Assembly: GCF_006345805.1 (NCBI RefSeq)
Contig: NW_021829008.1
Coordinates: 1 to 6,954 of the forward strand
Reading direction: 5' to 3'
From: Octopus sinensis
Lineage: Eukaryota
Length of the DNA stretch: 6,954 bases
This document shows, piece by piece, positions 1 to 6,780 of the stretch. The position numbers and the translations under genes are program-made. How positions within the stretch are numbered: position 1 is the first letter of the stretch; the number at the start of each line of letters is the position of its first letter. The notes under the pieces are model-generated. The model was not told the DNA's origin. It searched no databases and was given only the letters and a program-made list of their open reading frames with translations.

Positions 1-129
1 ATATATATGCATACATATATGTATATGTACATATAATTGTATATTTACATGGCATACATTCATATGTTGTATGTATGTATGTATGTATGTATGTATGTAT
101 GTATGTATGTGTGTATGTATGTATGTATG

Positions 130-190
<61 letters not shown>

Positions 191-206
191 CATATACATA
201 TACATA
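1..206. repeat. Compound microsatellite: degenerate TA/ATAC, (TATG)n ~68-130, (TA)n ~130-205
   Basis: Direct reading of tandem units. Confidence 0.95.
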
Positions 207-272
207 TGTCTAAAGGCATGTATGTGTTATGTGTTATTTATACATGTATGTTTGTCTGTACAGAAATAGAGA

Positions 273-306
273 AGTGTGTGTGTATGTGCATGTGTGTGTG
301 AGTAAG

Positions 307-360
<54 letters not shown>
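273..360. repeat. (TG)n followed by a perfect (AG)25 at 311-360
   Basis: 50 nt of uninterrupted AG at 311-360, preceded by a degenerate TG tract. Confidence 0.97.
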
Positions 361-362
<2 letters not shown>

Positions 363-530
363 GGAGAAAAAATAAAGGGGAGAGAGGAAATGTAAAATAA
401 AAAGAGAATCAGGGAGGGGGAAAACAAGAGATAGATTGTCTCAGAGGTGGAGTGAAGAAATAAAAATAAGTGTAAAAGTAGGAGGGAAATGAAAAAGGGA
501 ATAGTGTGAGTGAGAGAGATAACTATATAT
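361..530 (+). repeat. Polypurine low-complexity block
   Basis: Strongly A/G-rich on +, a decayed GA/GAA/GGA repeat. Confidence 0.8.
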
Positions 531-542
531 TGGAGTGTTAAC

Positions 543-703
543 GCACATACACACACACACGAGTGCATGCATGTGTGTATTTATGCATCTATCTGTCTGT
601 CTCTTTATCTCACTCTATCTCTGCATCTATCTATCTATCTATCTATTATTCATGTCTCTGTGTAACTATATATGTATATATATATGTATGTATATAAATA
701 TAT

Positions 704-734
<31 letters not shown>

Positions 735-777
735 CACTACATGCCTGAAGCATACATACATAAATGCATACATACAT

Positions 778-821
<44 letters not shown>

Positions 822-900
822 TATATATATGTATGTCAGTGTGTGTGTGTGTGTTGTGTGTATATATATATTATATATATATTATATATATACTATATGT
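543..900. repeat. Compound microsatellites: (CA)n, (TCTA)n 625-646, (TA)n 667-733 and 782-830, (TG)n 839-860
   Basis: Direct reading of tandem units. Confidence 0.92.
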
Positions 901-920
901 ACAACAAGTGTAGAATAAGC

Positions 921-1470
921 AAGAGACAGACAAGGAGGGAGAAAGGGAGGTGGAGAAACTCACACACACACAGAAAGAAATTAGAAGTGTAAAACAGTTT
1001 CTACTAAGAACACAGATGATGTGCAGTTGGCAGTGGGGGTGTGGGCCCATGTAACTGACCACTGAAGGAATATAAACAGCAAGGAATAGTATGAGGAGAA
1101 GATTATAAAGAGGAAGTACTAAGAGAGGGAGAGGTGGAGAAAAGAGAGAAAGAAAATGGATAAAGAGAGAGAGAGAAAGGAGGTGGGAGATGTGTTTTAA
1201 GAGAGGAGGGTGATGTGCTGGAGTAAAATTAAGACAGTTAGGAAGTAGTAAGTTGTGTGTGTCTACTACAAAGAGACAGCATTAGATAGATAGAGTGCGG
1301 TGGAGGGAGAAGCTACATACTAAAAGAGACTGATGTAGACTGATTAAAGAGCGAGATAAAAAGAGAGGGAGAGCGAGGATGGGAGGAGAGAAATATAGGG
1401 AGGGAGATGTAGTGTGAGTAGAAGGAAGAGTGGATGAGTGTGTCCAAGAAAACTGAAGCAGGTGTAAGGG
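921..1470 (+). repeat. Long purine-rich low-complexity block with short unique interludes
   Basis: Dense GAG/GAA/GGA/AGA motifs and very few C on +. Confidence 0.75.
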
Positions 1471-1514
1471 GTCACTGGAATTCTTTTTCTTCAGCCCCAA
1501 TGCTTCATCAGAGG

Positions 1515-1664
1515 ATGTGTGTGATTGTTTTATGCGATATGTGCGTATATGTAGGTGTATACATGTATGCATAATGTGTGTGTATGCGTATGTGTGTGTA
1601 TGTCAGTGTGCATGTATCTATATTTTTGTATATAATTGTTTATGTGTGTATTTATGTATGTGCT

Positions 1665-1699
<35 letters not shown>

Positions 1700-1894
1700 G
1701 TGTGTATGTGTGTGTGTGTATTTTATATACATATATATATATATATGTATATGTATGCATATATGTGTATGTGTGTGTATATATATATATGTACATACAC
1801 ATATGTATATATATATATATATGCATTTTCGTGGGTATATTTTTGTGTATGTTACTGTATGTGTATATTACATCTTTGTGTGCCTATACATGCA

Positions 1895-1934
<40 letters not shown>

Positions 1935-2425
1935 CATGTTTCATGACACTATGTGTAATGGCTAGAAACACATGAAGTTAAGTGAAGGGAAAGATGTGTG
2001 TGTGTGTGTGTGTGAATGCGTGTGTATGTATATGAGTGTACATGTGTGCATATATATATATATGTGTCCTTTGTTTTGTAGACATATACTTGTGGTTTTA
2101 TGTGTGAGTATCAATGTGTGATTTATGTGTGTATATGTATGAGCATAACTAGATGTGTGAAGTATCCTCATTCTGTATATTAAACTATATGTGTATGTAT
2201 GTGTACCAATCTTTATTTATGCGCACTTATAGTATACGCTTATGTGTTTATACTTGTACATGTAAATGTGTATGTGTGTGTGCATATACATACATATATA
2301 CGAACATACATTAATACATACATACATACATATGAACATACATACATACAATTGCATGGGCATGAGTATGCATGTGTACGTCCTTGCATGTGAAAGTAAT
2401 TAAATTAAATCTGTATGAAAGTGTG

Positions 2426-2457
<32 letters not shown>

Positions 2458-2623
2458 AATGTGTGTATGTATGTGTTAGCAGTATAGATATATGTGTGCA
2501 TATATATATACATATACACACACAACCACACACATATAATATATATATATATATATAAAGGAATATATTATACTTGTGTATATATATATGTAAAGTAATA
2601 TATATATACGTATATATTATATG

Positions 2624-2685
<62 letters not shown>

Positions 2686-3075
2686 ATATGTATATATATA
2701 TATATATATATATGCTACAGTGCACATGATTAACATGTATATGCCTGCATGTCTTCAAAGTATGCACATAAATATGCAAGTGAATGCATGTATTTGTAGA
2801 CATTTATGCGTATATATATGTATGTGTGTGTCTGTATGTATCCAGACATATCTGCATAAAATTATTCATTTGTGCATGCTAAAGTGTGCATGTGTATGTA
2901 TGTATATGTGTACATGTATGAATGGTTTTGTGTATATACATACACAGACACACACATACACACACACATATATATATGTATATATATATGCATATATATA
3001 TGTAAGTATATATGTATGCACATACTTAATATGTGTGAGTCTGTTTATGCATAAGAAAGTGTCAGCATCGAAATG
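1515..3075. repeat. Extended mosaic of (TG)n, (TA)n, (CA)n and (ATAC)n microsatellites
   Basis: Alternating purine-pyrimidine sequence nearly throughout. The purest tracts are (TG)n ~1669-1720, ~1995-2014 and ~2421-2457, and (TA)n ~2632-2672. Confidence 0.95.
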
Positions 3076-3084
3076 ATTATGTTT

Positions 3085-3112
3085 TATGTATGTATGTATG
3101 TATGTAAGTATG

Positions 3113-3143
<31 letters not shown>

Positions 3144-3390
3144 GCATGTGAATGTGTTGTAAGAGAATGAGAGGGAGAGAGACAGACAGACACAAATAAA
3201 AGACTAAGAAAGTGAGAGAGAGAGAGAGAGAGAAAGAAATTAAAAGAGATAGGGTAAGAGTGTATGGATGTGTATGTATATGTTTGTGAATGTGCGTGCG
3301 TATCTATGTATGTGCATCTGTGTGACTGTGTGAATGTGTGTTTGTGTGTCAATGTGTCTGTGTGTATTTATGTGTATGGGTGAATGGGTA
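3085..3390. repeat. (TATG)n 3085-3142, (GA)/(GACA)n 3166-3250, degenerate (TG)n 3260-3390
   Basis: Direct reading of tandem units. Confidence 0.92.
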
Positions 3391-3554
3391 TGAGTTGCCA
3401 TAAATATTTCAGGAAATTTTCTTTCAAGTGTTGACCAATGGTGAAAGTGGGAGTGAGTTGATATCTCTCCCTTGTACTCACTGGACACTGGTCAGCAATC
3501 TAGGAAGAGGAGGAAGTGGAGGAAAACGGTGGAGCTGGGGCAGCAGTTGTAATA

Positions 3555-3660
3555 TGGTGGTGGTGGTGGTGGTGGTGGTGTGGTGGTGGTGGTGGTGATG
3601 GTGGTGGTGGTGGTGGTGGTGGTGATGGTGATGGTAGTGGGTGGGTGACTGGGTGGTGAG
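3555..3660. repeat. (GGT)n trinucleotide microsatellite with GAT variants
   Basis: Near-perfect to ~3636, with a single-base register slip at ~3580. Confidence 0.95.
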
Positions 3661-3951
3661 TAGTAGAAGGCAGAGGAGAAAGAAGAAAGATAGGGTTGAG
3701 GTTTGGGAAGGTGGAGGGGAGGCTTGGTGGGGGCAGGGATGGTAGTGGTGGCCACTAACTTTGGCTGTGGCATGCAGAGTGGCTGGACAAAGTAGTAAGT
3801 TCAGTCTGTGAGAGAAAGAAAAACTGACCAGTACATTTCAGCCACATAAAAATCAATAGCCAGAAGAGGAGAGTGAGAGTGATATAGCTTGCCCTTCACA
3901 TATTTCTCTCAATCTCCTGTCTTTATGCCATACCACATCACCTCCATATTT

Positions 3952-3954
<3 letters not shown>

Positions 3955-3983
<29 letters not shown>

Positions 3984-4070
3984 CACCACTGCCATCACGG
4001 CCACTGTCACCGCCACCGCCATCACCACTGCCTCCACTTCCACCATTAGCATTAGCATCACCAACACCAT
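3955..4070. repeat. (CCA)n microsatellite decaying into CTG/CCG/TCA variants
   Basis: Near-perfect at 3955-3989 with a 1-nt slip at 3976-3978, then degenerate. Confidence 0.92.
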
Positions 4071-4272
4071 GTCATCCTTCAGCAAAAAGAGATTTGTGAT
4101 TTGCTACTGTGATACTAGTCTGCTTATGGTGGCAGCCATATTTTGGCCATGTCATCCAAGTGACTGGCCACTGTCCATCTTCGACAAACACCGCCATCAG
4201 GCAACATAGCAAGCAGCTATTTTCAAGAATTTCTAATCCAGCATTTTCAAACCTGCAGCGCTGAAAATTATA

Positions 4273-4297
4273 GGTAGTAATAGTAATGATGATGATA

Positions 4298-4329
<32 letters not shown>

Positions 4330-4503
4330 AATCAAAATTATAACAACAACAACAACAACAATAATAAAAATAATAATGATAATAAAATAATAATAATAAA
4401 ATTAATAACAATAATAAAAATAAAGTGACAATAACAACAGCAATAATAATAACAATGATAATAATAATAATAATAATAATCATAATAATAATAATGATAA
4501 TAA
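4273..4503. repeat. Compound trinucleotide array: TAG/TAA, then (GAT)n, (AAC)n and (AAT)n
   Basis: (GAT)n ~4287-4330, (AAC)n ~4342-4360, degenerate (AAT)n to ~4503. Confidence 0.95.
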
Positions 4504-4563
4504 GGACCTTGTTAAATTTCTTCTGACCACTTGAACTATTTCAAATTTTCTACACTGATATAG

Positions 4564-4624
4564 TTTTGTATGCTGATGATGAAAATCACATTTATATTTT
4601 TGTTTTTGTTTTTTTAATTCCTAG
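4564..4624 (+). other. Candidate 3' splice site (branch-point-like motif, polypyrimidine tract, AG)
   Basis: AG-free from 4564 to 4622, CTGAT at 4573-4577, then the T-rich tract TTTTTGTTTTTGTTTTTTTAATTCCTAG ending at 4624. No transcript evidence is available. Confidence 0.35.
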
Positions 4625-4759
4625 CAAAAGACGAATTTGGTTTGCCATCAGCACACATATTTACATCAGTGTGGAAAATTTGAGGAAGAAAATTTAGTGA
4701 TATTACTTCAAGTGATCCAATGATAATAATTATTATTATAATGAAAATAACTAACTATA

Positions 4760-5160
4760 GGTGTAGGAGTGACTGTGTGGTAAGTAGCTTGCTTATGAAC
4801 CACATGGTTCTGGGTTCAGTCCCACTGCATGACACCTTGTGCAAGTGTCTTCTACTCTAGCTTCGGGCAGACCAATGCCTTGTGAGTGGATTTGGTAGAT
4901 GGAAACTGAAAGAAGCCTATTGTATATATGTATATATATATATGTGTGTGTGTGTGTGTATGTGTGTATATGTTTGTTTGTCTGTGTTTGTCCCACCAAC
5001 ATCGCTGGTGAATTTATGTCTCTGTAACTTAGCGGTTCGGCAAAAGAAATCGATAGAATAAGTACTAGGCTTACAAAGAATAAGTCCTAGGGTCGATTTG
5101 CTTGACTAAAGGCAGTACTCCAGCATGGCCACAGTCAAATGACTGAAACAAGTAAAAGAG
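4760..5160 (+). mobile_element. Full-length tRNA-derived SINE, family 1 (resembles octopus OR-type/CORE-like SINEs; exact family unverified)
   Basis: Pol III A-box-like TGACTGTGTGG (4770-4780) and B-box GGTTCAGTCCC (4813-4823) in a tRNA-like head. These are followed by CACCTTGTGCAAGTGTCTT (CORE-like, from recall), an internal (TA)/(TG) tract at ~4921-4985, and a 3' end GACTGAAACAAGTAAAAGAG with a short A/G-rich tail. I recognise the sequence as an abundant octopus repeat. No clean target-site duplication. Confidence 0.85.
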
Positions 5161-5192
5161 AAAGAGAGAGTAACTCCATATATTAAAGATAG

Positions 5193-5259
5193 TAATAATA
5201 ATAATAAATAATAATAATAATAATAATAATAATATAATAATAATAATAATAACAATAAT
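5193..5259. repeat. (TAA)n, the tail of SINE copy 1
   Basis: Directly abuts the 3' end of copy 1 at 5260. Confidence 0.93.
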
Positions 5260-5472
5260 CCTTTCTACTATAGGCACAAGGCCTGATGTTTTTGGTGGAG
5301 GGGATAAGTTCATTACATCAGTTCCCAGTGCAGAACTAGTACACATTTTATTGACCCTGAAAAGACTAAAGGCAAAGCCAACCTTGGCAGAAATTGAACT
5401 CAGAACATACAGACAGGTGAAATGCAGCCAAGATTTGTACAGCATGCTAATGATTCTGCCAGCAAGTCACCC
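5260..5472 (-). mobile_element. tRNA-derived SINE family 2, copy 1 (near full length, diverged; 3' end type A)
   Basis: Colinear with copy 5 across the core (cccagtg..tagtac..ttttattgaccc..aaggcaaag..aattgaactcagaac). B box GTTCAATTTC on - at 5390-5399, head remnant gattctgccagc at 5452-5463, and (ATT)n tail at 5193-5259. Confidence 0.85.
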
Positions 5473-5485
5473 TACTCATAATAAT

Positions 5486-5654
5486 CCTTTCTGATATGAG
5501 TACAAGGCCTGAAATTTGGGGAGGGGGTGAGTTGATTATATCAGTCCCAGTGCTCGCAGCTGATACTTATTTTATTGAAACTGAAAGAATTAAAGGCAAA
5601 GTCAACCTTGTAGAGATTTGAACTCAGAATCAAACAATACAACCAGCTTGTGCC
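5486..5654 (-). mobile_element. SINE family 2, copy 2 (head internally deleted or truncated; 3' end type A)
   Basis: Begins cctttctgatatgagtacaaggcctgaaattt like copy 1, and the core matches to aactcagaa (5629). B box GTTCAAATCTC on - at 5613-5623. The possible 5' remnant accagcttgtgcc lies at 5642-5654. Confidence 0.8.
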
Positions 5655-5657
5655 TAA

Positions 5658-5658
<1 letters not shown>

Positions 5659-5740
<82 letters not shown>

Positions 5741-5762
5741 TTAAAAATAATAATAAAAATAA

Positions 5763-5826
<64 letters not shown>
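5659..5826. repeat. (TAA)n, ~168 bp, the tail of SINE copy 3
   Basis: Directly abuts the 3' end of copy 3 at 5827, with AAAAAT variant units. Confidence 0.95.
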
Positions 5827-5975
5827 CCTTTCTACTAAAAGCACTAGGTTTGAAATACTGGAGAAGGGACTAGTTGATTACATTGACCCCAGTGTTTCAC
5901 TAGTACTTAATTTATTGACTCCGAAAGGTTGAAAGGCAAAGCTGACCTCGACAGAATTTGAAATTAGAACATAAC
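5827..5975 (-). mobile_element. SINE family 2, copy 3 (5'-truncated; 3' end type A)
   Basis: cctttctactaaaagcactagg... core ...gaaaggcaaagctgacctcgacagaatttgaaattagaac. The B box is mutated, the A-box half is missing, and a long (ATT)n tail lies at 5659-5826. Confidence 0.8.
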
Positions 5976-6138
5976 GATTTCAAATTTTGCTACGAGGGCA
6001 GCCACTTTGGGGAAGGGGCAAGTCAATTACATCAACCCATTACTCAGCTGGTACTTAATTTATCAACCCCAGAGGGATTAAAGGCAAAGTCAACCTCGGT
6101 GGAATTGGAAATCAGAACATAGAGGCAGACGAAATACC
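5976..6138 (-). mobile_element. SINE family 2, copy 4 (lacks A-box region; 3' end type B; possibly the right monomer of a dimer with copy 5)
   Basis: gatttcaaattttgctacgagggcagccactttgggg end, a shared core, and termination at gacgaaatacc (6138), directly abutting the 3' end of copy 5 with no tail between them. Confidence 0.8.
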
Positions 6139-6370
6139 TATTTCTTTACTGCCCACTAGGGGCTAAACATAGAGTGGACAAACAAGGACAGACAAATGGA
6201 TTAAGTCGATTACATCGACCCCAGTGCATAACTGGTACTTATTTAATTGACCCCGAAAAGATGAAAGGCAAAGTCGACCTCGGCTGAATTTGAACTCAGA
6301 ACGTAGCGGCAGACAAAATACTGCTAAGCATTTCGTCCGGTGTGCTAAATTTTCAGTCAGCTTGCTTCCT
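6139..6370 (-). mobile_element. SINE family 2, copy 5 (full length, least decayed; 3' end type C; resembles octopus OK-type SINE, unverified)
   Basis: Intact B box GTTCAAATTC on - (6286-6295) and a degenerate A-box region at ~6347-6360. Most CpGs are retained. It contains the hairpin GTCGAT-TAC-ATCGAC (6205-6219) and the central GCCTTTCATCTTTTCGGGGTCAATTAAATAAGTACCAG on -, which resembles the Nin/Deu-type SINE domain (from recall). Confidence 0.88.
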
Positions 6371-6397
6371 TACACAATGATAATAAAAATAATGATC

Positions 6398-6572
6398 ATG
6401 GTTTCAAATTTTTGAACAAAGCCAGCAATTTTGGGGTAGGAGATAAGTCAATATCAACCCCAGCACTTGACCTTAAAAAATGTAAGTCAAATTTGAACTC
6501 AGAAAGTAAAGACAGATGAAATACCGATAAACATTTTGCCTGGCACAGTAACAATTGTGCCATGCCACACCC
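6398..6572 (-). mobile_element. SINE family 2, copy 6 (internally deleted core; 3' end type B)
   Basis: catggtttcaaatttttgaacaaagccagcaattttgggg end matches copy 4. The core is shortened. The head aaatttgaactcagaaagtaaagacagatgaaataccgataaacattttgcctggc is colinear with copy 5. Confidence 0.75.
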
Positions 6573-6583
6573 CACCTCAATGA

Positions 6584-6584
<1 letters not shown>

Positions 6585-6630
<46 letters not shown>

Positions 6631-6639
6631 TAATAATAA

Positions 6640-6672
<33 letters not shown>

Positions 6673-6694
6673 TAATAATAATAAAATATAATAA

Positions 6695-6739
<45 letters not shown>

Positions 6740-6780
6740 TGTAGCAATAACTATAATTATAATGATTATGACAACAACAA
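6585..6780. repeat. (TAA)n with a degenerate distal end
   Basis: Near-perfect to ~6740, then decayed to AAC/GAT variants. Confidence 0.95.

Noticed and set aside
1478-1560. Acceptor-like TTCTTTTTCTTCAG at 1494 with a possible donor at 1555
   Set aside because: The putative exon runs into TG-repeat sequence, the donor is weak and the peptide is uninformative. Such motifs are expected by chance.
71-3352. Many ORFs of 60-152 aa rich in YI/CV/HT/MYV repeats
   Set aside because: They are translations of (TA)n, (TG)n, (CA)n and (TATG)n tracts that lack stops in some frames. They overlap on both strands and show no domain-like sequence.
3806-3823. Minus-strand acceptor-like TTTTTCTTTCTCTCACAG
   Set aside because: It is the complement of a short purine run. 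The downstream frames either stop quickly or enter the triplet repeat.
3835-3958. 11-bp direct repeat ATTTCAGCCAC at 3835-3845 and 3948-3958
   Set aside because: It could be an old target-site duplication, but the enclosed ~100 bp has no element hallmarks and the match overlaps the CCA repeat edge.
3492-4209. Divergent Pro/Thr-rich mucin-like ORF pair (3492-3773 on -, 3889-4209 on +)
   Set aside because: The symmetry follows automatically from the inverted GGT/CCA microsatellites. The + ORF starts at TTG, and the P-to-T switches come from 1-nt repeat slips.
4072-4335. Minus-strand ORF with a Cys/Trp-containing unique part (RCRFENAGLEILENSCLLCCLMAVF...) behind TTTTCAG
   Set aside because: No recognisable homology, no convincing donor before the stop, and the N-terminus is poly-Ile from (GAT)n. 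It cannot be excluded without RNA data.
4760-4830. tRNA gene (also considered for 6280-6370 on -)
   Set aside because: A/B boxes are present but I could not build a complete cloverleaf, and the sequence continues into SINE body, so these are tRNA-derived heads.
4747-5182. Target-site duplication around the family 1 SINE (taactaactata versus taactccatata)
   Set aside because: Only a 5-nt exact match in AT-rich sequence, which is not distinguishable from chance.
5260-6572. CRISPR-like or satellite interpretation of the recurring ~150-230 bp unit
   Set aside because: The units are long, diverged and variably truncated, carry Pol III boxes and tails, and have no constant repeat-spacer periodicity. 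The context is eukaryotic with no cas genes.
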